Notes: generated by a model from the letters alone, not told the origin. Shown: positions 27,735 to 38,380, numbered from the stretch's first letter. The stretch: 64,000 bases of DNA from Candidatus Harrisonbacteria bacterium RIFCSPHIGHO2_02_FULL_40_20 (GCA_001818675.1 MHJF01000006.1:3157-67156); one strand, 5' to 3'. A program made the numbers and translations.

Positions 27735-28273
27735 GCTCTTCCACTAAAAGATCTACTAGCGTTTTATTAAGCCTTTTATTTTTAGTTGGGGCTTTAGCGG
27801 TTTATGCCAATTTTGTCCGTCCCGAGTTTAAAGAAGTTCAGCAGCTTCGCGCCATGTTGGCCGCGAAAACCCAGTTATTAGAAAATCAAAAAACCATTAT
27901 GGTCCAGATTCAAAATCTGCTAGATCAGTTTAAAGGCGCGGTGCAGCTCCAACAGACTGTGAATATGGCTTTGCCCACTAACGAAGATGCTGCCGCTATC
28001 GTTCAGCAAGTCAATGCTATTGCTAATGCCAACGGTTTGGTTGTGCAAGCCCTTGGATTAAATCCTTTAGCTCTTAGTCCGACTAAACTAGGCTCAGTGA
28101 GGGGCACTCTTAGGCTCATTGGAGCCTATGATGGAATTAAAAAATTCCTCCAAGCGTTAGAAACCAATGTCAGGGTGATTGATTTGGTAAGCCTGCGTTT
28201 AGAGCAAGGATCAAAGGCTAATCAAGATGTTTATGCCTATACGGTCGTGTTTAACGCGTATTATCAACAGTAA
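27731..28273 (+). CDS. pilO: PilO-like protein
   Basis: TM, ALP, G.Y..I..FL..LE...R motif; synteny. Confidence 0.78.
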   Translation: MSSSTKRSTSVLLSLLFLVGALAVYANFVRPEFKEVQQLRAMLAAKTQLLENQKTIMVQIQNLLDQFKGAVQLQQTVNMALPTNEDAAAIVQQVNAIANANGLVVQALGLNPLALSPTKLGSVRGTLRLIGAYDGIKKFLQALETNVRVIDLVSLRLEQGSKANQDVYAYTVVFNAYYQQ

Positions 28274-28274
28274 C

Positions 28275-28565
28275 ATGGCAATTATTATACAAGAACAAAA
28301 AAAATCTATTAATTTATTCGCGATTATTATCGTGGCGATTATTTTATTTGTTATTCTTCTTAGCGTCTACTTTCTATTTTTTGCGTCTCAACCAGTTATT
28401 GAAATTATTGTTCCAGCCCCCTTAGAAACAGCCGCGGAAATTACTAAGGCGCAATTTGATCCGGCGATAGTTATTAATAGTTCAGAATTTCGAGCTCTTC
28501 GTTCTTATGCTGGCTTGCCGACCGTTGGTTCTCTTGGCCGGTCAAACCCGTTTATTAGTTACTAG
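28275..28565 (+). CDS. Small membrane protein in the PilP position
   Basis: TM and C-terminal GRSNPF motif. Confidence 0.6.
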   Translation: MAIIIQEQKKSINLFAIIIVAIILFVILLSVYFLFFASQPVIEIIVPAPLETAAEITKAQFDPAIVINSSEFRALRSYAGLPTVGSLGRSNPFISY

Positions 28566-28587
28566 CAGCTAATTAACATTCATTGTT

Positions 28588-30315
28588 ATGGAAAATAATC
28601 GTCTTTTAACTGCCTTAGTTGAGGCGAAACTTTTAAATAGCGGGGATGCCTCTAAATTAGAGGCGGATTCCGTTAGTCTAAAAAAAGACGCTGAAAGCCT
28701 TATTTATCAGCGTCATTTAATTAGCGAAGAAGAATTAGCAAAAGTTAAGGGAAAAATTTTAGGCATCCCTTATAAGAAAATTGATTCTAAACAGATTAAA
28801 GACGATTTATTAGAATTAATACCTAAAGAAACCGCTTTTTCTTATAAAATAGTTCCTCTCTCTAAAGTTGATAATATGCTGGTGGTGGGAATGGTGGCTC
28901 CTGATAATCCTCTTGCTCAAAATGCCTTAAAATTTATTGCTAAACAAAAAGGTTTCAATGTTGGGGTTTATTTAATTACTCCTACCGATTTCGATCTTTT
29001 GTTGCGTCGCTATTCTCCCTTGAGCGATGATGTTCAGCAGGCGTTGGGCGCTTTAAGCGGGCGCAAGGGGCAACCTCTAACTTTTCAGCAAATTATCCAG
29101 TTAGAAGAAACTAAAAGCGCCATTGCCGAAGAAGCGCCCATCATTAAAATAGTCGCCTCGTTATTAAAAGAAGCCGTTAATATTCAAGCTTCGGATATTC
29201 ATATTGAGCCGCAGAGAAAGCAGATGCGGGTGCGATTTCGGGTGGATGGGGTTTTGCAAATTGTGCAGGTTTTGCCGATTGAAATTTATCAGCAGATAAT
29301 TTCTCGCATCAAGGTTTTATCAAATTTGAAACTCGATGAGACTCGGATACCCCAAGATGGTCGTTTTAGAACTATAATTTTTGATCGGGAAATTGATTTT
29401 CGTATTTCTACTTTTCCGACTCCTTTGGGAGAAAAAGCGGCCATTCGGGTTTTGGATCCGAATGTAGGATTAAAAGGCTTTGGGGATTTAGGTTTAGTTG
29501 GCAAGAACCAGCAAGTTTTTTCTGAAGGATTAATTAAACCCTATGGTATGGTTTTGCTTACTGGCCCAACGGGTTCGGGGAAAACCACCACTTTATACGC
29601 GGCTATGCAAATTCTTAATAAAGAAGGGGTAAACGTTGTTAGTTTGGAAGACCCGGTAGAATATTCTATTGACGGATTGAATCAATCTCAAGTTCGGCCC
29701 GAAATTGGCTATGATTTCGCTTCGGGCTTAAGGCAAATTTTGCGGCAAGATCCCGACGTGATTTTGGTGGGAGAGATTCGGGACAGCGAAACCGCTTCTT
29801 TGGCTGTGCACGCCGCGTTAACGGGCCATATTGTCCTTACCACTTTACACACTAATAATGCCGTTGGAGTTATTCCTCGCTTGGTAGATCTAAAATTAGA
29901 GCCCTTTTTACTGCCGAGCTCGGTTAATTTAATGGTGGCGCAACGATTAGTGGCGCGGCTCTGCCAAAATTGTAAAAAACCTAAAGAAGCGCCGCCGTCA
30001 GTGGCTTCTATCATTAAAAAGAATTTGGAAGTTATAGGAGAAAAAAAATATAAAGAGCCTTATAAAATTTATTATTCTCCAGGCTGCGGTATTTGCAAAA
30101 ATAAAGGCACCACTGGCCGGTTGGCTTTATTTGAGGTTTTTGCCATGACTCCAGAATTAGCCGATATTCTTGCTGAAGAAATTTCTGAAAATAAACTGAT
30201 CAATGAAGCTAAACGGCAGAATATGATCAGTTTGCGGCAGGACGGAATATTAAAAGCTTTAGATGGATTAGTGATGATTGAAGATGTTTTAAGGGAAACC
30301 GAAGAGTTATGGTAA
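28588..30315 (+). CDS. pilB: Type IV pilus extension ATPase PilB/GspE
   Basis: ASDIHIEP, GPTGSGKTTT, LRQDPDVILVGEIRD, tetracysteine motif. Confidence 0.95.
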   Translation: MENNRLLTALVEAKLLNSGDASKLEADSVSLKKDAESLIYQRHLISEEELAKVKGKILGIPYKKIDSKQIKDDLLELIPKETAFSYKIVPLSKVDNMLVVGMVAPDNPLAQNALKFIAKQKGFNVGVYLITPTDFDLLLRRYSPLSDDVQQALGALSGRKGQPLTFQQIIQLEETKSAIAEEAPIIKIVASLLKEAVNIQASDIHIEPQRKQMRVRFRVDGVLQIVQVLPIEIYQQIISRIKVLSNLKLDETRIPQDGRFRTIIFDREIDFRISTFPTPLGEKAAIRVLDPNVGLKGFGDLGLVGKNQQVFSEGLIKPYGMVLLTGPTGSGKTTTLYAAMQILNKEGVNVVSLEDPVEYSIDGLNQSQVRPEIGYDFASGLRQILRQDPDVILVGEIRDSETASLAVHAALTGHIVLTTLHTNNAVGVIPRLVDLKLEPFLLPSSVNLMVAQRLVARLCQNCKKPKEAPPSVASIIKKNLEVIGEKKYKEPYKIYYSPGCGICKNKGTTGRLALFEVFAMTPELADILAEEISENKLINEAKRQNMISLRQDGILKALDGLVMIEDVLRETEELW

Positions 30316-30333
30316 AATTTTTATATACCCACC

Positions 30334-31401
30334 ATGGATTTTAAATCAAAACTTAACGAACTTCTTTTAATAACTGCCCAACAAAATGCTTCTGATTTGC
30401 ATATTGCGGTTGGTTTTAAGCCCACTATTAGAATTGACGGCGATTTAGTGCCTTTAGCTAAAGAACAGATTGTTAATAGTGAAATCGCGGAGGGATTAGT
30501 TGGCGCGCTTTTAACGTCCGAACAGAAAGCTAAATTTTTGCAAGATCAGCAACTGGATTTCGCTTATACTTTTGAAGATAAAGCTAGATTTAGGGTTAAT
30601 GTCTTTTTTCAAAGAGGCTTTATGGCTGCAGCTTTGCGGTTAATTCCTAATAAAATTCGCACTATACAAGAATTAAGTTTACCTCCGGTGCTTTATGAAT
30701 TTACCAAGCTTTCCCAGGGGTTTGTTTTGGTGGTAGGCCCGGCCGGACATGGCAAATCTACGACGCTCGCCGCGATGTTGGATGAAGTTAATCATCAAAG
30801 AATGAATCATATTATTACCGTTGAAGATCCTATTGAATATCTTTTTACTCAAGACCGCTGCATCATTTCGCAAAGAGAAGTAAAAGTAGATACCCCTAAT
30901 TTTCACTCCGCCCTTAGTTCTCTTTTACGGCAGGACCCAGATGTGATTATGATCGGCGAGATGCGCGATGCCGAGTCTATGGCCGTAGCAATGACCGCCG
31001 CGGAAACTGGCCATCTGGTTCTGGCTACTTTGCATACTAATTCGGCGGCCCAGACTATTGATCGCATCATTGACAGCTTCCCTCCAGCCCAACAAGGGCA
31101 GATTACTTCGCAATTAGCTTCTACCTTAGTGGGTATTATTTCCGAGCGTTTAATTCCCAGAATGAATGGCGGCCGCATACCAGCGTGTGAAATTATGATT
31201 GCTAATTCTGCGGTTCGCAATTTAATCCGTGAGCGCAAGGCTTATCAGATTGATTTAGTGATTGAAACCAGCATGCAAGAGGGCATGATTACCCTTAATC
31301 GTTCCTTGGCGCATTTAGTGAAAAATAAACAGATTTCCGTAGAGAACGCGGAACTCCACTCTTTAAATCCAACCGAGTTAAGGTTGTTGTTGAAAAGATA
31401 A
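30334..31401 (+). CDS. pilT: Type IV pilus retraction ATPase PilT
   Basis: ASDLHI, GPAGHGKST, AAETGHLVLATLHT, AVRNLIRE. Confidence 0.96.
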   Translation: MDFKSKLNELLLITAQQNASDLHIAVGFKPTIRIDGDLVPLAKEQIVNSEIAEGLVGALLTSEQKAKFLQDQQLDFAYTFEDKARFRVNVFFQRGFMAAALRLIPNKIRTIQELSLPPVLYEFTKLSQGFVLVVGPAGHGKSTTLAAMLDEVNHQRMNHIITVEDPIEYLFTQDRCIISQREVKVDTPNFHSALSSLLRQDPDVIMIGEMRDAESMAVAMTAAETGHLVLATLHTNSAAQTIDRIIDSFPPAQQGQITSQLASTLVGIISERLIPRMNGGRIPACEIMIANSAVRNLIRERKAYQIDLVIETSMQEGMITLNRSLAHLVKNKQISVENAELHSLNPTELRLLLKR

Positions 31402-31430
31402 AAAATAAAAGTTGTATAATTAGTACATGA

Positions 31431-31552
31431 ATCCCGTTAGAGACAACCAATCCATGATTTCTGAAATATTATTTGATTTTAGATATAAAAAGTCGATTGC
31501 CGTTAAAACGGTTGAGTTACGGTCGCCTCTGGAGACCTGTCTCTAACGGGAT
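31431..31552 (+). mobile_element. MITE-like element family A, copy 2, at the pilC start
   Basis: ATCCCGTTAGAGAC...GTCTCTAACGGGAT; ATGAA at both junctions. Confidence 0.85.
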
Positions 31553-32759
31553 GAAATTTCGATACAGCGCGAGGACAAAATTAGGAGAGCTTCAAGTCGG
31601 TTTTGTAGAGGCGGCTAGCCGAGAAGCAGCTTTTGGCCTTTTGAGCGGTCACGATCTTTTTATTTTGAAATTGGAAGCAGAGCTGGAGAAGCGGCCGTTC
31701 GCCGCATTGTTGGGTATTTTCCGCCGCGTGAGCAGAAAAGATTTAATGATTTTTACTCGGCAGTTCGCGACTTTATTGCAAGCCGAAGTAGTATTGGGGG
31801 ATTCTTTAAAAATCCTTCATACCCAAACTTCCAATAAAACTTTACAATCAGTTATTTTAGAAGTTTCCTCGGATATTGATGCTGGACTTTCTTTATCTCA
31901 AGCCCTGGAAAGGCATGGCGATATTTTTTCAGAATTCTATATTAATTTAATCCGTTCCGCGGAGGTCACTGGGCGTATGGATGAGTCTATGAGTTTTTTA
32001 GCCGACTTTTTAGAAAAGGATATGAATCTGGTGGCAAAAATTCGGAACGCTTTAATTTACCCGGCTTTTATTTTAGGTTTATTTTTTGTGGTGGTAATTA
32101 TTTTGGTAGTGGCGGTTTTCCCCCAATTGCGGCCGATTTTTGCAGATGCCCAAGTGGATTTGCCGTTAGTTACGAAGCTGCTTTTGGATGGCGGCGCTTT
32201 GCTTCTGGACTGGTGGTGGGCGATGGTTGTTATCTTTGGCGTTTGTATTTGGGTGATTATAGATTATTTTCGCACTAAAGAGGGAAGGGCTGTTTGGAAT
32301 CAGCTGATTATTGGTTTGCCTGTACTAGGCCAGGTTTTTAGAAAAATGTATATAGCGAGATTTGCTGAAGCGGCTAGAATTTTATTAAAAGGCGGTATTC
32401 CTATTGCTCAAGCCATAGAAATTAGCGGACATACTTTAGCCAATGTGGTTTATCGGGAAGTTTTGCAAGAAGCAGCGGAAGGAATCCGCAGAGGGGAATC
32501 GTTATCCCAGATTTTATCTAAATATTCTTCAGCTTTCCCGCCGTTAGTGAGTCAAATGGTTGCGGTTGGAGAAAGCACTGGGCGTTTAGAAGAAATGTTG
32601 GGGCGAATAGCGACTTTTTATATTCGAGAAGTGGATACGGTGGTAGATAATTTAGTAGAATTAATTCAGCCAGTGGTAATGGTGATAGTGGGTGTTTTGG
32701 TCGGATTGCTTTTTGCTTCAATTTTGATCCCGATTTATCAATTGGCGCAAGGGTTCTAA
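31551..32759 (+). CDS. pilC: Type IV pilus platform protein PilC/GspF
   Basis: FTRQFATLL, ALIYPA, MVAVGESTG.LEEML; real start MKFRYSAR follows the MITE. Confidence 0.95.
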   Translation: MKFRYSARTKLGELQVGFVEAASREAAFGLLSGHDLFILKLEAELEKRPFAALLGIFRRVSRKDLMIFTRQFATLLQAEVVLGDSLKILHTQTSNKTLQSVILEVSSDIDAGLSLSQALERHGDIFSEFYINLIRSAEVTGRMDESMSFLADFLEKDMNLVAKIRNALIYPAFILGLFFVVVIILVVAVFPQLRPIFADAQVDLPLVTKLLLDGGALLLDWWWAMVVIFGVCIWVIIDYFRTKEGRAVWNQLIIGLPVLGQVFRKMYIARFAEAARILLKGGIPIAQAIEISGHTLANVVYREVLQEAAEGIRRGESLSQILSKYSSAFPPLVSQMVAVGESTGRLEEMLGRIATFYIREVDTVVDNLVELIQPVVMVIVGVLVGLLFASILIPIYQLAQGF

Positions 32760-32792
32760 AATTATGATAAAATAATTAAAACGGTCGAGAAA

Positions 32793-33060
32793 GAACCCAT
32801 CTTAATAATAATTCCTAAGCGCGTTGAGAGAATAAATAGAATAGATCGAGGAATGACGACGAAACTGTGCTTTTAGCACGTTGAGGAGGAATGACGCTGA
32901 AATATTCTATTTAAGCCGCAACCCTTCGGGATACTGCCAATTTATATTAATAACTGCGTTGTTCGTCGAAGATGTAGACTATCTACAATCTTCTCCTCAC
33001 GCCTTGTTCTAAATAAAATTGGCAAGTATCGCGCTTGGAAGCTATTATTAAGATGGGTTC
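32793..33060. mobile_element. ~270-bp palindromic MITE-like element upstream of the pilin
   Basis: Arms GAACCCATCTTAATAATAATTCCTAAGCGCG / CGCGCTTGGAAGCTATTATTAAGATGGGTTC plus internal hairpins. Confidence 0.8.
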
Positions 33061-33073
33061 CAAAATAAAACTT

Positions 33074-33547
33074 ATGATAAGAATTACTAATTCAAGATTT
33101 TATAATAAAAAAGGTTTTACGTTAATTGAAATGCTGATTGTCATTTCTATTATTGGCATTTTGGCGTCTATTGTTTTAGTTGGCTTGGGAGCTTTTCGTT
33201 CCCGGGGCCGCGATACTAGAAGAATTGCTGATTTAAGGGAGGCGCAGGGAGCTTTGGAGCTTTACTATACTAAGTTTCAGCAATATCCAAGCAGCGGTTT
33301 AAATTCTTGGGGTACTATGAGCCAGGCTATTATCAACGGAGGGGTTGGAGTGAATACTGTTTCTAATGATCCATTATCGCCAGCCAAAACTTATGTTTAT
33401 GGCGCTAGCTCCGATCAGCAGCAGTATGTTTTAATGGCTACTTTGGAAGAAGCTTCGCATCCAGGCTTGAAGGATGATGTAGATGGCACTGTTTTTGGAG
33501 TTAATTGCGGTGATGCTCCACAAGGAAATTATTGCGTAAGACTCTAA
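33074..33547 (+). CDS. Type IV pilin (probable major pilin)
   Basis: KG^FTLIEMLIVISIIGILA prepilin motif, RD.RRIADL. Confidence 0.92.
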   Translation: MIRITNSRFYNKKGFTLIEMLIVISIIGILASIVLVGLGAFRSRGRDTRRIADLREAQGALELYYTKFQQYPSSGLNSWGTMSQAIINGGVGVNTVSNDPLSPAKTYVYGASSDQQQYVLMATLEEASHPGLKDDVDGTVFGVNCGDAPQGNYCVRL

Positions 33548-33557
33548 TTTAGAAGAT

Positions 33558-34460
33558 TTGCCTATGGTCTATTTTTGGTACGCGTTTTTATTTTTCATTG
33601 GCGCAGCCATAGGCAGTTTTTTAAATGTCCTGGCTGTTCGTTATGATCCTGGTAAAAAAATTTTAACCCGGGATATATTTTTGGGCAGATCGCATTGCGT
33701 TCATTGCGGAAAAGTTTTGCGGTGGTACGAGCTTTTTCCAATTTTTAGTTATTTAATTCAGAGGGGAAAATGTTTGAGCTGCGGAGCCTCTCTTTCTTTC
33801 CAATATTTTGTTGCTGAATTGATTGCCGGGGCGATTTTAGTGTTTTTTACTTGGCATTTTTATAAATTTTTTAATTTAGCGGATATTATTTCGCAAGGCG
33901 GGAATATTGGGCCATACTATATTTTTTTGTGCGTTTGGATTCTGGTGGCTTACGGCCTTTTATTAATGTCGCTGATAGATTTTCGTTTAAAGATTATTCC
34001 TGATCAGATTAATGTTTTTTTGTTAGTATTAGGGGCAGCTCTTGTAGCGCTCAAATATTTTTATTCTTTTACTAATACTTCTTTTCTTGGCAAATACTCG
34101 TTATTATTCAATATTTCTGCTCAACCTTTGTTAAGCCATTTTTTGGCGGCTATTTTTGGTTTATTTTTATTCGGCTTAATCGTGGTTTTAAGCCGAGGTA
34201 GGGGAATGGGAATAGGCGATGTGAAATTAGCCGGAGCTTTAGGTTTATTATTAGGATTACCAGATATAGTTTTCAGTTTTTTTAGCAGTTTTATTATAGG
34301 AGCGATCGTTGGGGTTTTTTTATTACTGTTGGGTAAAAAATCCTTAAAAGACGCGGTGCCTTTTGGGCCATTTTTAGCTCTCGGAGTTTTCCTAACAATT
34401 TTCTGGGGTGAAAATTTACTGGATTATTACTTTAGCTTATTTCAGTTTTTAACCTATTAA
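33558..34460 (+). CDS. pilD: Prepilin peptidase
   Basis: GSFLNV, RSHC..C, GKC..C, GMGIGDVKL, VPFGPFL. Confidence 0.95.
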   Translation: MPMVYFWYAFLFFIGAAIGSFLNVLAVRYDPGKKILTRDIFLGRSHCVHCGKVLRWYELFPIFSYLIQRGKCLSCGASLSFQYFVAELIAGAILVFFTWHFYKFFNLADIISQGGNIGPYYIFLCVWILVAYGLLLMSLIDFRLKIIPDQINVFLLVLGAALVALKYFYSFTNTSFLGKYSLLFNISAQPLLSHFLAAIFGLFLFGLIVVLSRGRGMGIGDVKLAGALGLLLGLPDIVFSFFSSFIIGAIVGVFLLLLGKKSLKDAVPFGPFLALGVFLTIFWGENLLDYYFSLFQFLTY

Positions 34461-34484
34461 GATTAAGTGTTAAAATATATATAC

Positions 34485-34979
34485 ATGCAAAAAGGGTTTA
34501 CTTTAGTAGAAATGATGATTGTTATCACTATTTCCGCGATTTTAATGGCGATGGTGATTTTTTATGGCAGGGGCGGAGAGAAGCAGATTATTTTATTAAC
34601 CGAGCAAGCAAAGCTTGTGAATACTATTTTACGGTCAAAATCTTTGGCTATTCAGACTTTTAACCAGCCACGACGCCCTTGCGGTTACGGGGTGCATTTT
34701 GTCCCCAACGGTTATATCTTATTTAAAGATCTTTCCGAGGATTGTTCGGTCAGTGATAAAAGGTATTCTGGGCCAGATGAGGACGTGGAAAATATTATTT
34801 TAAATAAAGCGGTGAAATTCTTGCCGCCTCCTCTTTTAGATGTTCTGTTTATTCCGCCCGATCCGACTGTTATTTTAATTCCATCGCAACCAGAGGCGGT
34901 GCTTACCATTGCTACTTTAGATGAAGCTTCTTCTTTAAAAGTTAAAGTTACGGAAGCTGGCCAGGTGACTTTTCAATAA
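34485..34979 (+). CDS. Minor pilin
   Basis: KG^FTLVEMMIVI. Confidence 0.88.
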   Translation: MQKGFTLVEMMIVITISAILMAMVIFYGRGGEKQIILLTEQAKLVNTILRSKSLAIQTFNQPRRPCGYGVHFVPNGYILFKDLSEDCSVSDKRYSGPDEDVENIILNKAVKFLPPPLLDVLFIPPDPTVILIPSQPEAVLTIATLDEASSLKVKVTEAGQVTFQ

Positions 34980-34991
34980 GATAACAAGACT

Positions 34992-35495
34992 ATGATTCTA
35001 AAAGCTAAAATTTATAATTTAAAATCTCAAAGTGGCCAGTCTCTTATAGAAGCTATTATTGCTATGTCTATAATTTTTTTTGGGATTTTAGGAGTCTACG
35101 GTTTAGCGGCAAGGGCTGTCAGTTTAAATCGTGTTGTGGCCGACAGATACATAGCTATTTATATTGCTTCGGAGGGCGTTGAGCTGGTTAAAAATATGAT
35201 TGATGCCAATATTCTTGAACGCCGTCCGTGGAATGACGGATTGTTTAGCGGCGCTTATGAAGTGGAATATCGCGACCAAGATTTGCGTTTAAGCCAGGGC
35301 CGGACGCTTCTTTTTGATGAAAATAACGGAACTTATAATTACATTTCTGGAAAAGAAACTACTTTTCAGAGAACCATTAAGATTGAGGTTTTAGGCAATG
35401 GCAATGAATTAAAAGTAAATTCTCAAGTCAATTGGCTCTCCCGAGGAGGAGACTATAGCGTTGATTTAGAAGACCATTTCTTTAATTGGAGATAA
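34992..35495 (+). CDS. Minor pilin (PilV-like)
   Basis: SG^QSLIEAIIA. Confidence 0.82.
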   Translation: MILKAKIYNLKSQSGQSLIEAIIAMSIIFFGILGVYGLAARAVSLNRVVADRYIAIYIASEGVELVKNMIDANILERRPWNDGLFSGAYEVEYRDQDLRLSQGRTLLFDENNGTYNYISGKETTFQRTIKIEVLGNGNELKVNSQVNWLSRGGDYSVDLEDHFFNWR

Positions 35496-35498
35496 ACT

Positions 35499-36023
35499 AT
35501 GAAACAACTAAAATTTAAAATTCAAAATTTAAAATTAAGGCATGGTTTTACAATGATAGAGCTCTTGGTGGCAATGGGCGTATTTATTATAATTGTTGGC
35601 GTTTCTATAGGAATCTTTGTAAGATCTTTGCGCACCCAGAGAAATATTATTAATTTAATGGCTATTAATGATAATGCCAGCTTAGCCATTGAACAGATGA
35701 CAAGGGAAATTCGCACTGGACAGTTATTTTCTTCTTTAGGCCCATCCGCTTTAAAATTTCTTAATTATCAAGGTAGGGACATAACTTATAGATGGAATAC
35801 CAGCGCGGAATCTTTAGAGCGTGGAGAAGGAGATATTTTTAAGGCTATTACGGCAAGCGAAGTAAAAATTAAACGATTGCAATTTATTTTATCTGGAGAA
35901 GAGGATGGAGATAATATTCCTACTAGGGTTACGGTCGTATTAGGTGTCGGTTCTAATCAGCGAGACTTAACCGGAGTTTTGAATAATATTCAAACCACAA
36001 TTTCCCCGCGGGTTAACCAATAA
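35499..36023 (+). CDS. Minor pilin (PilW-like)
   Basis: HG^FTMIELLVA. Confidence 0.86.
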   Translation: MKQLKFKIQNLKLRHGFTMIELLVAMGVFIIIVGVSIGIFVRSLRTQRNIINLMAINDNASLAIEQMTREIRTGQLFSSLGPSALKFLNYQGRDITYRWNTSAESLERGEGDIFKAITASEVKIKRLQFILSGEEDGDNIPTRVTVVLGVGSNQRDLTGVLNNIQTTISPRVNQ

Positions 36024-36035
36024 TATTTTTAATCT

Positions 36036-36386
36036 ATGGCAATGTTTAAATACATCAATTTTCAAGGAAAAAATAGCGGGCAGGTTTTGATCTTAACCGT
36101 TTTAATTTTATCCGGAACAGTTTTAGCGGTTACTACCATTGCGGGCATTTTGATGGTTTATCAAATACGGCAGACGGGCAATGTGACGGATTCCGCTAAG
36201 GCGATTTTTGCCGCTGATACTGGATTAGAATGGGAATTATACAAAAAAATTAAAGATCCAGATTATCCAAAGCCAGTTTTTACTAATCGCGCCGATGTGG
36301 AGACTTCCATATCCGAGGATGGCCAGGCGATTAAATCTATTGGCAGCGCCGGAAATGTCCGCCGCGCGTTTGAGCTCAGGCTTTAA
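36036..36386 (+). CDS. Minor pilin (PilX-like)
   Basis: SG^QVLILTV.., A.FAADTG.E. Confidence 0.75.
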   Translation: MAMFKYINFQGKNSGQVLILTVLILSGTVLAVTTIAGILMVYQIRQTGNVTDSAKAIFAADTGLEWELYKKIKDPDYPKPVFTNRADVETSISEDGQAIKSIGSAGNVRRAFELRL

Positions 36387-36443
36387 AGTATTGTGAGGCG
36401 CCCCTTGAAAAAAATAGCCGATTTGTATTATAATATTTTTCAT

Positions 36444-37241
36444 ATGTCAGTTGTTGAAGATATTGCTGAAGTAAAAAATAACGCTTCTGAAAATACCGAA
36501 GAGGCTATTAAGGATTTTCCTATTTTGGAAGAAATGGCTCAGGCCGGCGTTTTATATGGAAGAAAAAAGGCTAGTACCCATCCCAAGATGCTGGGTTTTA
36601 TTCAAGCAGTCCGTAATGGCGTAGGTATTTTTGATTTACCCCAAACTTTAGAAGCAGTTGAGAAGGCACGGGTATTTTTAAAAGATATTGTTCAAAAAGG
36701 AGGCCAAGTTCTTTTGGTGGGGACTCAACCCTCCGCGAAAGATCTTATTAAGCAGTTTTCGGAGAAATTTAATTTTCCCTACGTGATTCAGCGATGGTTG
36801 GGGGGCACTTTAACTAATTTTAAAACCCTATCTACCCGCATCAATCGTTACCTTCAATTAAAAGCTGATCGGGCAGCTGGCAAGTTAGATAAATATACTA
36901 AAAAAGAACGGTTAGATTTTGATCGGGAGATAGATCGGATGGAAAGGCTCTTTGGCGGTTTGGATAATATGCAGAAATTGCCTGACGCGGTTTTATTAGT
37001 AGACTCTAAGGTCCATATTACCGCCCTTAAAGAGGCTAGTCTTTTAAAAATTCCGGTCGTGGCTATTATTAATAGCGATAGCGATCCGGATTTAGTCCAG
37101 TATCTCATTCCTGCCAATTCCGGATCTAAAACCAGTGTTCAATGGATTCTTGCAAAATTAGAGTCTGCGATGGAGGAAGGGAAAAAGTCCGGAGTAATCG
37201 CGAATAATGCGAATGCGATTCAAAATAATGCGAATAAATAA
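36444..37241 (+). CDS. rpsB: 30S ribosomal protein S2
   Basis: AGV.YG, RWLGGTLTNF, PD.V..D, IPAN. Confidence 0.96.
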   Translation: MSVVEDIAEVKNNASENTEEAIKDFPILEEMAQAGVLYGRKKASTHPKMLGFIQAVRNGVGIFDLPQTLEAVEKARVFLKDIVQKGGQVLLVGTQPSAKDLIKQFSEKFNFPYVIQRWLGGTLTNFKTLSTRINRYLQLKADRAAGKLDKYTKKERLDFDREIDRMERLFGGLDNMQKLPDAVLLVDSKVHITALKEASLLKIPVVAIINSDSDPDLVQYLIPANSGSKTSVQWILAKLESAMEEGKKSGVIANNANAIQNNANK

Positions 37242-37244
37242 TTG

Positions 37245-37685
37245 ATGAGCAGCGATGTTAAAAAATTACGGGAGGTTACTGGGGCTGGAGTGATGGAGTG
37301 TAAAAAAGCTTTTGTGGACGCCAAAGGAGATTTTGATGTCGCCATCAAATTAATTCAGGAGCGAGGCATAATTAAAGCGGAAAAAAAAGCCACTCGAGCC
37401 ACGGGCGCTGGTTTTTTGGAGTCTTATGTCCATAATGGGCGCGTAGGCGTCTTGTTAGAAATACGCTGTGAAACTGATTTTGTGGCTCATTCTGATCTTT
37501 TTAAAGATTTGGCGCATAATTTATCCATGCAAATAGCGGCGATGAATCCGGAAAATATAGATGGGCTTTTGAAACAGCCATATATTCGTGATGAAGCCCT
37601 TACTGTTGAGCAATGCATTAAGGGCGTAATTGCTAAAGTAGGAGAAAATATTAGGATAGAAAGATTTTGCCGATACGAGTTATAA
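37245..37685 (+). CDS. tsf: Elongation factor Ts (short form)
   Basis: VKKLRE.TGAG.MECKKA, CETDFVA, GENI.I.RF.R. Confidence 0.96.
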   Translation: MSSDVKKLREVTGAGVMECKKAFVDAKGDFDVAIKLIQERGIIKAEKKATRATGAGFLESYVHNGRVGVLLEIRCETDFVAHSDLFKDLAHNLSMQIAAMNPENIDGLLKQPYIRDEALTVEQCIKGVIAKVGENIRIERFCRYEL

Positions 37686-37739
37686 GGCTTGGTTGAAAAA
37701 TTCAAGTCAAATGCGTAGTATTTTTCAATACCAAACCTT

Positions 37740-37840
37740 ACCCCGCCCTCTATGCGCGGAGAATAAATATGTAGCTATATGAATAAACTAAATATAAAAA
37801 TAAATATCCAAAAAAGGTCCAGGTGCTTAGAGGGCGGGGT
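37740..37840. mobile_element. ~100-bp palindromic element with CCCG termini
   Basis: ACCCCGCCCTCTA...TAGAGGGCGGGGT around an AT-rich spacer. Confidence 0.7.
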
Positions 37841-37903
37841 GCTCGGTTTTGTAGCTAAATTGTCTTCGCTACATACGGGCTCTAAAATTTAGACAAAAAC
37901 GGC

Positions 37904-38227
37904 ATGTATGAATTTATATTACAACTAGTTATATTTTTGAGTTTGGGCGTAATCCTTTTTATAATGGCGCGAGCGGTGCCGCGGATTCAGTCAAACTCTG
38001 AAGTTATTTCACAAGGCTCTAAATTTGATTATTTTGATCGCATTTTAGCAAAAATTCCTTTGAATAGATTGGACTTTTTAATGAATACTTTTTTAAGTAA
38101 AACTCTTCGAAGGATTAAGGTAGTGGTTTTAAAGATTGATAATTTTATTACTAATTATCTTAATAAGTTGTTGAAGAAAACTCATAATAATGGCACAATA
38201 AACGGTGGCAACGATAAGCCGGAGTAG
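37904..38227 (+). CDS. Membrane hypothetical protein
   Basis: N-terminal TM, ARAVPRI, K.LRR.KV..LK.DN. Confidence 0.65.
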   Translation: MYEFILQLVIFLSLGVILFIMARAVPRIQSNSEVISQGSKFDYFDRILAKIPLNRLDFLMNTFLSKTLRRIKVVVLKIDNFITNYLNKLLKKTHNNGTINGGNDKPE

Positions 38228-38237
38228 AGTTGGGCAA

Positions 38238-38380
38238 GCCCAGCACCGAATCGAGTATTTCGTTTTTTTCAACGCTGGCAACCCAATGTAATTTAAGGCT
38301 TAGAACGGGTATTATTAACTCTCAAAATATAGTAGGCAAAAACGTTTTGAGCGTTGCAATACTCGATCTGGTGACTGGGC
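38238..38380. mobile_element. ~140-bp palindromic element whose right arm forms the 5' end of tRNA-Tyr
   Basis: GCCCAGCACCGAATCGAGTATT ... AATACTCGATCTGGTGACTGGGC. Confidence 0.75.
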
